Source: Myxococcota bacterium (GTDB lineage Bacteria; Myxococcota_A; Polyangia; Nannocystales; Nannocystaceae). Taken from it: 64,000 nt of DNA. Position numbers and translations under genes: made by a program. Location: contig JBCCHT010000038.1 in the NCBI GenBank assembly GCA_039028615.1, positions 1 through 64,000 on the forward strand. The letters run 5' to 3'. Below are positions 9,378-17,688 of the stretch, piece after piece. Positions within the stretch are counted from its first letter, which is position 1. Each line of letters opens with the position of its first letter. Below the pieces are notes generated by a model that worked only from the letters and a program-made list of their open reading frames with translations, was not told where the DNA came from and did not search any database.

Positions 9378-11315
9378 TTGGCGCGCACATCCTTCGTTTC
9401 TTCATTGCGTCGGGGGATCGGGCCGGTTGCCGTCATGGCGGCCGGCCTCGCGTGCCCAGCCGCGGTGCTCGCAGCACCAACCCAGCCCGAAGAGCTGGTC
9501 AATCCCCTGTCCCCGCCCGTGACCTGCGAGCTGTGCCACGGCTACGAGAACGCGGTGAAGGACTTCGGGGAGCCGGACTATTCGCCCTTCCGTACCTGGC
9601 AGGGGACGCTCATGGCCAACTCCGCCCGGGACCCCGTGTTCTGGGCCGGGGTGGCGGTGGCGGCCGAGGATGCGCCCGGGGAGACGGAGCTGTGCATTCG
9701 CTGCCACTCGCCGCGGGCCTTTCTCAACGGCAACGCGCCCGCGGTCACGAGCTTCGATCAGCTCGAGCCCGAGGAGCGCGAGGGGGTCGAGTGCGAGCTG
9801 TGCCATCGGGCGATGGAGGATCCGGTGGTGCCGCCCGGCAACGCGGCCTACACCATCGACGACACGATCGTCGGGGTGAACGTGCCGCGACGAGGCCCGT
9901 GGGACTACAGCGATGGCATCCCCGAGCCGCCCCATAGCTGGATCGCCGATCCCTATATTGGCAGCTCGCGGCTATGCGGCACCTGCCACGACGTCACCAC
10001 CAATACCGAGCGGGTCGACGCGGCCGGCATCGGTATGGGCATGAACTTCAACGAGCAGCGGACCTATAGCGAGTGGGCCAACAGCGCCTACGCCGTGCCG
10101 GGGGTCGACTTCCAGGGCTGCCAGAGCTGCCATATGCCCGCGGTGCCCGACATGGCGGGCTGCACGGCGCATCTCAATCAGCACACGCACCCGACCGGGG
10201 GTCGCCGCCACGACCTGGTGGGCGCCAACCGCTTCATGGTCGGCCTGCTGCGCGACGAGTACGGCTCGGCCGGCGCCAACCTGATCGCGGATTTCTACTT
10301 CGACAACGCCATCGCGGCGATGGACGAGTTCCTGCCGACCGCGGCGTCGGTGGACTTCGTGGCGCCGACCAACATCGACCTCGAGGAGGGTCTCGAGGAG
10401 ACCTTCGTCACCATCACGAACAACACGGGCCACAAGCTGCCGTCGGGATACTCCGAGGGGCGGGTCATGTGGCTCGAGTTCACCGCGTCGTACGGCGGCG
10501 AGGTCATCTACAGCTCGGGCGAGTGGAACCAGGTCTCGGGAGAGATCCACGAGGATTCGCAGCTGCGGACCTACGAAGCGATCGGCATGCGCTGGTCCGA
10601 CGGCACCACGCTGCACCTGCTGCTCAACGACTACTGGCTCGAGGACAACCGCATCCCGCCCCTGGGGCTGACGCCAGACATCGAGACCGATCCGGTCGGT
10701 GATCGCTACACGCTGCTGCCGGGCGGGACCTGGCCCAACTTCGATCGCCACTCGTACGACTTCCCGGCCGCGCCCGAGATCTACGACGTCACGCCCGCGG
10801 ACCCCGACGACGACTTCCTCGAGGTCACGGTCCGCGTCCGCTACATCATCAACAACGCCGAGTACATGGACTTCCTCGAGGCCGAGGCCGGCGAGGCGGG
10901 CATGCACGTGGCGACGCTCTTCGACTTGGCCGGTGGCGCGACCCCGGTGACCTTGGGCGAGGGCACGGTCGAGATCCCCATCGTGAACTTCGGGGCCGAG
11001 AACCCGGGGGGCAACGAGACCACGGCGGGCGGCGAGAGCACCTCGAACACGACGACCGGGGGCGGCCCCACCAGCGCGACCGACGGCCCGCCCAACACCA
11101 CCGGTCCCGGACAGAACGACACCACCGCGGCGTCGTTGCCCGGGGGCACGATGAGCGTCTCGAGCGGCACCACGGGCGACACGGAGCCGGGAGCGGCCGA
11201 CGACGACGGTGGGGGCTGTGACTGCCGCAGCGGGGGCGGATCGGGCATGCCCGGGGCCGCGCTGCTGTCGATGATGCTGCTGGGCCTGCGCCGGCGCCGA
11301 CGCACGGGGACGTGA
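9378..11315 (+). CDS. Multiheme (5 CxxCH) c-type cytochrome with MYXO-CTERM anchor
   Basis: CELCH, CIRCH, CELCH, CGTCH and CQSCH; GHKLPSG motif; signal peptide; Thr/Gly linker; GGGCDC-x-TM-RRRRR tail. Confidence 0.88.
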   Translation: MARTSFVSSLRRGIGPVAVMAAGLACPAAVLAAPTQPEELVNPLSPPVTCELCHGYENAVKDFGEPDYSPFRTWQGTLMANSARDPVFWAGVAVAAEDAPGETELCIRCHSPRAFLNGNAPAVTSFDQLEPEEREGVECELCHRAMEDPVVPPGNAAYTIDDTIVGVNVPRRGPWDYSDGIPEPPHSWIADPYIGSSRLCGTCHDVTTNTERVDAAGIGMGMNFNEQRTYSEWANSAYAVPGVDFQGCQSCHMPAVPDMAGCTAHLNQHTHPTGGRRHDLVGANRFMVGLLRDEYGSAGANLIADFYFDNAIAAMDEFLPTAASVDFVAPTNIDLEEGLEETFVTITNNTGHKLPSGYSEGRVMWLEFTASYGGEVIYSSGEWNQVSGEIHEDSQLRTYEAIGMRWSDGTTLHLLLNDYWLEDNRIPPLGLTPDIETDPVGDRYTLLPGGTWPNFDRHSYDFPAAPEIYDVTPADPDDDFLEVTVRVRYIINNAEYMDFLEAEAGEAGMHVATLFDLAGGATPVTLGEGTVEIPIVNFGAENPGGNETTAGGESTSNTTTGGGPTSATDGPPNTTGPGQNDTTAASLPGGTMSVSSGTTGDTEPGAADDDGGGCDCRSGGGSGMPGAALLSMMLLGLRRRRRTGT

Positions 11316-11353
11316 GCAGGCTCCGATTTCGCGCGGATCCGGGCTGAAGCCCC

Positions 11354-11407
11354 ACGAAGGGCCTCAGGAGCCGCATTTGAAGGCGGCCTGAGGCCCTCGT
11401 CGCTTTG
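11354..11407 (+). terminator. Long intergenic hairpin, probable terminator of the FG-GAP/cytochrome operon
   Basis: AGGGCCTCAGG (11358-11368) / CCTGAGGCCCT (11387-11397) with an inner GCCGC/GCGGC stem; only a weak T tail (CGCTTT). Confidence 0.5.
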
Positions 11408-11469
11408 CCGGCGTCCCACCGTGGTGCGTCGAGGCCGTTTGGCCCAAGATCCACGGGCTGGCGACCGCC

Positions 11470-14145
11470 ATGTCCTCGTCCTCTGCACCGTCTTCTACTT
11501 CGTCTGGGTCCGGCTTCGTCGCCGTCGACGGGCGCGCGCTGTCGCTGCGTTCCATTCGTGTCGACGTCGAGTGCCGGGCCGGGACCAGCCGCGTCGAGCT
11601 TCGGCAGGTCTTCGTCAATCCCCATGCCGACGGTGTTCGCGGTCGCTACAAGCTGCCTCTGCCCGCGCGGGCTTCACTGAGCGGACTGCAGTTCCGCGTC
11701 GACGGCCGGCAGCTCGGTCGCACCAAGCCCAAGCCCAAGGGCGGCGCGCTGGTGCACAAGGTCGGGCCGGTGCCGGCCGGGGCAGAGCTCGAAGTGGCCG
11801 TGACCCTCGAGCATCGCCTGGCGCGAGCCAAGGGTGACGAGCCCGGGACCTGGGAGTGGCGCATGCCGGGCCTGGTGAGCAAGCCGGCCGAGGGCGCGCC
11901 GCGACCCGAGCAGTCGCTGGTGCTGACCATCGGCGACGGTGAGCTCGACGGCGAGCCTCGCTCGCCCTCGCATGGGCTCGTGGCTCAGGCCGTGGACGAA
12001 GGCCATCGCGTCGGGTTGGCGGGTGAAGGCCCCGGGCTCGAGCGCGAGGTGGTGGTCCGCTGGACGGCGCGTACCGCCGCCGAGGAATCGAAGCCCGCCC
12101 GCGGCGACGGCCCCCGGGTGCGCCGCAACAAAGAGGGCGTGATCGTCGGAACGGGCGCGCCCGCGTCGGGGCCGAAGGTGGTGGGCTTCATCTCGCTGCC
12201 CACGGACAAGCGCAAGGGGCCGGCCAAGAAGGTCGTGGTCACCAACAAGGCCACCGAGGCCCCCGCCAAGGGGGCGGGCGACGGCCGGGCCTCGCAGCGC
12301 AAGCGTCGAGAAGAGCGACGCATGAAAAAAGACCTTCGCCACCGCGCGCGTGGCCGCAGGGGTCGCGAGGACAAGGCACCTCCGGGGTCGAACACCGCGG
12401 AGATGAGCGAGAAGAAGAAGAAGGTGCGGGTCGACGGCCAGATCCGCGTCTCCGACCTCGCCCGGGGCCTGAGCCAGGGCGCGGCGCAAGTACTGCGCGT
12501 GCTGTGGAGCGCGGGGCACCGCGGGGTGACCCTCAACGATGCGATCGACGTCGAAGCGGCCGAGCTGGTCGCGGCCGAGTTCGGCTACACCGTCGAGAAC
12601 GTCGCGTTCCAGGAAGAAGAGCTCATCGGCGGGCCGGTGGCGGAGGGCGAGCTGCGCCCGCCCGTGGTCGCGGTCATGGGCCACGTCGACCACGGCAAGA
12701 CCACGCTGCTCGATCGCATTCGCAACACCAAGGTGGCGGCGGGCGAGGCCGGGGGCATCACCCAGCACATGGGCGCCCAGCGGGTCTCCACCGAGCACGG
12801 CGACGTCGTGTTCCTCGACACTCCGGGCCACGAGGCGTTCAGCGCCATGCGGGAGCGCGGGGCCGAGGTCACCGACATCGTGCTGCTCGTGGTGGCGGCC
12901 GACGACGGGGTCATGCCCACGACCATCGAGGCGATCAAGCAAGCCCGGCAGGCCAAGGTGCCGATGGTGGTGGCGCTGAACAAGATCGACAAGCCGCAGG
13001 CCGATCCGCAGCGTGTCTCCCAGTCGCTGATGGAGTGGGAGATCGTCGGCGAGGCCTACGGCGGCGACGTGCCCATCCTGCCCGTGTCGGCCAAGACCGG
13101 GGAGGGGCTCGAGGGCATGCTCGAGACCCTGGCGCTGCAGGCCGAGGTGCTCGAGCTGCGGGCGCCCGTCGAAGGGCGCGCCCGCGGTGCGGTGCTCGAG
13201 GCTCGGGTCGACAAGGGGCGCGGGGCGATCGCGACGGTGCTGGTGCAGTCGGGTACGCTGTCGCGGGGAGACCTGCTCGTGGTCGGCGAGCTGCACGGCA
13301 AGGTCCGCGGCCTCATCGGCGCCGACGGCAAGACCCTACGCTCGGTCGGCCCGTCGACGCCCGTCGACGTGCTGGGGCTGTCGGGCTTGCCCGCGGTGGG
13401 CGAGACCTTCGACGCCGTGGACAAAGAGCGCGACGCACGAGCGCTGGTGAGCCACCGTCGGGAGAAGCGCCTGGGGCAGAGCAAGGGCCGCGCCGGTCCC
13501 TCGATCGAGGAGCGCCTGAACCGAGGCAAGCGGAAGATCATTCGCATCGTGCTCAAGGCCGACGTCGGCGGCTCGGCCCAGGCGCTGAGCAAGGCGCTCG
13601 AGGAGCTCGGCGACGACGAGATCGAGATCCAGGTGCTGCAGGCCGAGGTCGGAGGCATCACCGAGGCCGACATCAAGTACGCGGAGGCCAGCGACGCCAT
13701 GGTCATGGGCTTCGGCGTCAAGGCGATGGCCCGGGCGATGTCGGTGGCCGAGGCCGACGGGGTGAAGGTCCAGACCTTCAAGATCATCTACGAAGCCCTC
13801 GAGGCCCTGCAGGAATCCATGCAGGCCCTGCGCGAGCCCGAGTTCCGCGAGCGGGACCAAGGCGAGGCCGAGATCCGCGCGCTCTTCCCCATTCCCAGCA
13901 AGGGCGTGGTGGCCGGGTGCCGCGTGGTCAAGGGCGTCATCGAGCGCAGCAGCCGGGTGCGGGTCGTCCGCGACGGCGAGATCATCCACGACGGCACCAT
14001 CGCCTCGTTGCGGATCTTCGAGGACGACGTTCGCGAGGTGAAGGACGGCTTCGAGTGCGGGATCATGATCGATGGCTTCTCCGAGGTGCAGGAGGGCGAC
14101 ACGATCAAGGCCTACGCTCTCGAGCAGGTCCCGCCCGGCCGCTGA
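11470..14145 (+). CDS. infB: Translation initiation factor IF-2 homologue with N-terminal VIT-like domain (probable paralogue/fusion)
   Basis: IF2_N-like segment ([11 protein letters not shown]...[10 protein letters not shown]); G1 [41 protein letters not shown]2 domain with GFECGI. The N-terminal ~200 aa resemble VIT proteins ([21 protein letters not shown]). Confidence 0.9.
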   Translation: MSSSSAPSSTSSGSGFVAVDGRALSLRSIRVDVECRAGTSRVELRQVFVNPHADGVRGRYKLPLPARASLSGLQFRVDGRQLGRTKPKPKGGALVHKVGPVPAGAELEVAVTLEHRLARAKGDEPGTWEWRMPGLVSKPAEGAPRPEQSLVLTIGDGELDGEPRSPSHGLVAQAVDEGHRVGLAGEGPGLEREVVVRWTARTAAEESKPARGDGPRVRRNKEGVIVGTGAPASGPKVVGFISLPTDKRKGPAKKVVVTNKATEAPAKGAGDGRASQRKRREERRMKKDLRHRARGRRGREDKAPPGSNTAEMSEKKKKVRVDGQIRVSDLARGLSQGAAQVLRVLWSAGHRGVTLNDAIDVEAAELVAAEFGYTVENVAFQEEELIGGPVAEGELRPPVVAVMGHVDHGKTTLLDRIRNTKVAAGEAGGITQHMGAQRVSTEHGDVVFLDTPGHEAFSAMRERGAEVTDIVLLVVAADDGVMPTTIEAIKQARQAKVPMVVALNKIDKPQADPQRVSQSLMEWEIVGEAYGGDVPILPVSAKTGEGLEGMLETLALQAEVLELRAPVEGRARGAVLEARVDKGRGAIATVLVQSGTLSRGDLLVVGELHGKVRGLIGADGKTLRSVGPSTPVDVLGLSGLPAVGETFDAVDKERDARALVSHRREKRLGQSKGRAGPSIEERLNRGKRKIIRIVLKADVGGSAQALSKALEELGDDEIEIQVLQAEVGGITEADIKYAEASDAMVMGFGVKAMARAMSVAEADGVKVQTFKIIYEALEALQESMQALREPEFRERDQGEAEIRALFPIPSKGVVAGCRVVKGVIERSSRVRVVRDGEIIHDGTIASLRIFEDDVREVKDGFECGIMIDGFSEVQEGDTIKAYALEQVPPGR

Positions 14146-14258
14146 GCGCGGCGCCCACCCGCCGGAGCACGGGATCACCGCCCCAATTCGGGGCGGGGCG
14201 AGAAAAACTGTTAACCAGGCTTGTAATGATCGAAGCCGAGCGGGAATGGTGACAAGCG

Positions 14259-14897
14259 ATGGGTGCTCGCTCCGAACCGCAGCTTCGCGTCATCGAAGGT
14301 GACGCCGAAGCCCCCGCCGAAGGCCGTGCGCGGCTGCTGGAGCGGGCGCGAGCGGGTGATTCGAGCGCCTGGTCACAGCTGTATCAGGAGAGCTTCGCCG
14401 GCCTACTGCGGCACGTCACCTTCATGGTGCTCGATGTCGAGGTGGCCGAGGACCTGTGCCAAGAGGCCTTTGCGGTCGCCTTCGCCAATATCGAGCGCAG
14501 CTTCGATCCCTCGGGGTCGTTCGAGGCGTGGGTGCGAGGCATCGCCCACAACCTGGTGCGCAAGCACTGGCGCAAGCGCCAACGCCGCGATCGGGCCCAC
14601 GCCAAGCTCGAGGTCGTGGCCGACCGGGAAAGCGAGGGAAGGGTGAACGAGCAAGTCGATCGGCTCGAGCGGGAGCGGCGGGCGGATGCCCTGTCGGCGG
14701 CGCTCGAGCTGATCCCGGCCAACCTCCGCGAGGCCTTCGTGCTCAGCGACATCCGCGAGCTGTCGGCGGCGGAGGGGGCCGACATTCTGGGAATTTCTCC
14801 CGGCAACTTTCGCGTCCGCGTCTCGCGAGCCCGCACGCGGCTCCGGGCGTTGCTGACCGATGCCGGGATCATCAGCCGGACCGTGGTGTCGTCATGA
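14259..14897 (+). CDS. ECF sigma-70 family RNA polymerase sigma factor
   Basis: ARAGDSSAWSQLY, AEDLCQEAF and SFEAWVRGIAHN (region 2); LREAFVL...LSAAEGADILGISPGNFRVRVSRAR (region 4). Confidence 0.92.
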   Translation: MGARSEPQLRVIEGDAEAPAEGRARLLERARAGDSSAWSQLYQESFAGLLRHVTFMVLDVEVAEDLCQEAFAVAFANIERSFDPSGSFEAWVRGIAHNLVRKHWRKRQRRDRAHAKLEVVADRESEGRVNEQVDRLERERRADALSAALELIPANLREAFVLSDIRELSAAEGADILGISPGNFRVRVSRARTRLRALLTDAGIISRTVVSS

Positions 14898-15844
14898 GCG
14901 AGCTGCCCGGCGTCGACGAGCTGCGGAGCAAGCTCGAGCGAGATGCTCGAGACGTGCCGACGGACTTTGCCGACGTCATGGCGCGCATGCGAGCGAACGC
15001 GGACGACGACGAGGACGTGGTCGGGGCCGATGCGGTCGCTGGCTCGGGTGCCGAGTCGCTCGATCCCGCGGAGCTCGAGTCCGAGGCGGACCGGGTGGCG
15101 CTGGCCCCCGCGTGCGAGGCCCTGCGCGAGCGCATCGAGGCATCGCTCGCCGAGGCCGACATGCCGCCGCTGGCGGTGGTGGAGAAGCGACGTCCCGTCG
15201 TGGGCTGGGTGATCGGAGCGGTGGTGCTGGCCGCCGCCGCGGTCGTGCTGACCTGGCAGGTGCCCCAGCTGTTGTCGCAGCAGCCGCGCGAGCGGGTCGA
15301 CAACCTCGCGTCCGACGAGCGTCGGCTCGACGGTGACAACGGAGGGCAGGCGGTCCAAGGGGTCGAGTCGGAGACGGTCACGCCGCGGCGCACGGTGAAG
15401 GCACCCGAGCCCGCGCCGCAGCCCGCCGTGGAAGTCGAGCCGGAGCCGGAACCCGAGCCCGCCGTCGAAGCGGAGCCGGAGCCGGAGCCCGAGGCCAAGA
15501 CGAACCGTCGCTCTCGGGCCGAACGCCTGCGGATCCTCGACGAGCGGGCCCAGTCCCGCTGGAAAGCCGGCGACGTGCAAGGGGCCCAGAAGATCTACCG
15601 TGCGCTCGTGCGCGTGGGCGGTCGTCATCCTCGGGTGGAGCTGGCCTACGCCGAGCTGTTTGCCCTCGGACGACAGCGAGGAGAAGACCTCGCGCCGCTG
15701 TGGCGGGCCTACCTGCGCCGCTTCCCCAATGGGCGTTACACTCGTGAGGCCAAGGCGGGACTGTGCCGGCAAGCGAGCGGGAGCAAACGGAAGCAGTGTT
15801 GGGCCGAGTACGCCGAGCGGTTCCCCGAGTCTGGACACGAATGA
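14894..15844 (+). CDS. Single-pass membrane protein with EP-rich linker and C-terminal TPR-like helices; putative anti-sigma factor
   Basis: ATG 14894 overlaps the sigma stop (ATGA); TM VVGWVIGAVVLAAAAVVLTW; EPEPEP linker; WRAYLRRFPNGRY motif. The anti-sigma role is inferred from position. Confidence 0.75.
   Translation: MSELPGVDELRSKLERDARDVPTDFADVMARMRANADDDEDVVGADAVAGSGAESLDPAELESEADRVALAPACEALRERIEASLAEADMPPLAVVEKRRPVVGWVIGAVVLAAAAVVLTWQVPQLLSQQPRERVDNLASDERRLDGDNGGQAVQGVESETVTPRRTVKAPEPAPQPAVEVEPEPEPEPAVEAEPEPEPEAKTNRRSRAERLRILDERAQSRWKAGDVQGAQKIYRALVRVGGRHPRVELAYAELFALGRQRGEDLAPLWRAYLRRFPNGRYTREAKAGLCRQASGSKRKQCWAEYAERFPESGHE
15405..15493 (+). repeat. (GAGCCG/GAGCCC)n coding repeat for an EPEPEP linker
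   Basis: Tandem hexamers are visible in the DNA; a similar tract lies at about 17007-17061. Confidence 0.7.
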
Positions 15845-16512
15845 TCCCACCCGGGGCCCGCATCTCGCTCGTCTGTACGCTGGCCTTCGTGGCGGCGTGC
15901 CTGGTCGAGTACCAGATCCCCGAGCCGGAGGAGGTCGTCGACCCCGAGGACTGCGCGGCTCCGCTGCTCGTCTGCGACAACGCGTGTATCGACCCGGCCG
16001 TGGACGAGCGGCACTGTGGCGTCTGCGGCAGCGAGTGCGAGCTGGGAGACCAGTGCGTCGAGGGCGAGTGCGTCGCGACCTGTGATGACTGCGATCCCTT
16101 CCTCGAGATCTGTGACGCCGGCCAGTGCATCTGCCGGGGCGGCCTGGAGCTGTGCGACGGCGAGTGCGTGCCGCTGTACAGCGACGGCGACAACTGTGGG
16201 GCCTGCGGCGAGCCCTGCATCGTCGGCGAGGTCTGCATCGACGGCGAGTGCCTCGCCGAAGCCTGCCCCGCCGACGAGTGCGATGGGGAGTGCACCGACT
16301 TCGGGCTCGATCCGCTCAACTGTGGCGCGTGCGGCCGGGCGTGCGTCGGCGAGGAGCTGTGTGTCGACGCGACCTGTCGAGCCTTCGAGGTGATCGAAGG
16401 GTGTGGCGAGTGCCCTTGCCTCGAGCAGTGTGATCCCGAGATCGGTGAGACCTGCTGCTTCTCGGAGCTGCTCGACGTCGAGGTCTGCTTCCAGGGGGGC
16501 GAGTGTCTGTGA
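15841..16512 (+). CDS. Cysteine-rich repeat lipoprotein (myxobacterial NCG.CG..C type)
   Basis: ATG 15841 overlaps the previous stop (ATGA); lipobox-like VAAC; repeats HCGVCGSEC, NCGACGEPC and NCGACGRAC. Confidence 0.8.
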   Translation: MIPPGARISLVCTLAFVAACLVEYQIPEPEEVVDPEDCAAPLLVCDNACIDPAVDERHCGVCGSECELGDQCVEGECVATCDDCDPFLEICDAGQCICRGGLELCDGECVPLYSDGDNCGACGEPCIVGEVCIDGECLAEACPADECDGECTDFGLDPLNCGACGRACVGEELCVDATCRAFEVIEGCGECPCLEQCDPEIGETCCFSELLDVEVCFQGGECL

Positions 16513-17672
16513 ACCTCGGGGCGGCTGCCCTGGCCTGGCTCGTGTTCGGGACGGCGCCCGCCGGGTCGCCCGGCGGCGAAGACCCTGCGAGCGTGGCCGG
16601 AGCGAAGCAACCCCAGGACGCTCGCTTCGAGTCGGTCCTGCTCGCCAGCGAAGGACTCGACGCCGCGGGGCTCGATGCCGAGCTGAGCCTACGGCTGCCC
16701 GACTTGGCGCTCCACCGTCAGTGGGACCTGGCCCAGGACGCCGACAACCTCGGTCACTACGTGTTCGTGCACATGGCCCGCGACGAGCGTGGCGGCGTGG
16801 CCTTGGAGCTCATTACCGACGACGCCGAGGCCTTCGTCCGCGAGATCGAAGGCGGCGACGAGACGGAGCGCGTAGCGGCCAGCTTCGTGGTGGCGATCTT
16901 GTCGTCGATCGAAGCTCAGGAAGTCAGGGCCGATCGCAGTGATGTCGCGGCCCCGGTCAGCGCCGAGACGGAAGAAGTCACGCGAGCCGTCGAGGTCGCC
17001 AAGGGCGAGGCCGAGCCCGAGCCGGAACCCGAGCCCGCCCCGGAACCCGAGCCCGAGCCCGCGCCGGTCGAGAGCGCCGAGCCAGCCGCGGCCCCGCGCA
17101 AGGTGGTGTGGGAGCTGGGCACGTGGGTCGGCGGTGGGGTGGTGGTCGCGATGCCGCCCGCGAGCTTCGGCTCTGCATTGGCGGGCGGCGGCGGCTCGAT
17201 GGCGATGCTCGCCCGCGGCCCGCACGGCATGCTCGTGGGCGCCTCGCTGCGGGTCATCGGGCGGATCGTCGATGGCCACTCGCTGACGCGAGTGCGTACG
17301 ACCGCCCACGTGGGCTGGGCCTGGCGTCGCGGCCCGGTGGAGCTGCCCCTGGCCGGCTACGCGGGCATGGAGCCCTGGTCTCTGCGCGATGCCGGGACCG
17401 CGGTCTCGGCCACCGACCTCGGAGCCCAGGCGGCGCTGCTCAACGCGGGCGGATGGTTCGCCCCCGGGGGGTTGGTGCAGCTCGATCGCAGCAAGATGTT
17501 CTCCGCCCTGCGCGTGGGCGGGCGGCTCGACCTCGGCACGGCCTTCGTGCTCGACGGCGGCCCTCGGGTGGCGGGCATCCGCGACGTGGACGGCAACCCC
17601 CTGTTCCGCATGGGGGGCTTCGAGCTGGGTATCGGGCTCGACCTGTGCCTCTATATGGGCATCGAGCGCTGA
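16509..17672 (+). CDS. Exported hypothetical protein with possible C-terminal outer-membrane beta-barrel
   Basis: GTG overlaps the previous stop (GTGA); signal-like N-terminus; EPEP linker; alternating Gly/hydrophobic strands ending GGFELGIGLDLCLY. Confidence 0.65.
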   Translation: MNLGAAALAWLVFGTAPAGSPGGEDPASVAGAKQPQDARFESVLLASEGLDAAGLDAELSLRLPDLALHRQWDLAQDADNLGHYVFVHMARDERGGVALELITDDAEAFVREIEGGDETERVAASFVVAILSSIEAQEVRADRSDVAAPVSAETEEVTRAVEVAKGEAEPEPEPEPAPEPEPEPAPVESAEPAAAPRKVVWELGTWVGGGVVVAMPPASFGSALAGGGGSMAMLARGPHGMLVGASLRVIGRIVDGHSLTRVRTTAHVGWAWRRGPVELPLAGYAGMEPWSLRDAGTAVSATDLGAQAALLNAGGWFAPGGLVQLDRSKMFSALRVGGRLDLGTAFVLDGGPRVAGIRDVDGNPLFRMGGFELGIGLDLCLYMGIER

Positions 17673-17688
17673 GTTCCACGCTCGGGGC

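Noticed and set aside
14200..14256. Possible autoregulated ECF promoter (AAAAACTGTTAACC...TGTAAT...GGTGAC)
   Set aside because: AT-rich and plausibly a promoter, but I cannot match it to a defined ECF consensus from a single instance.
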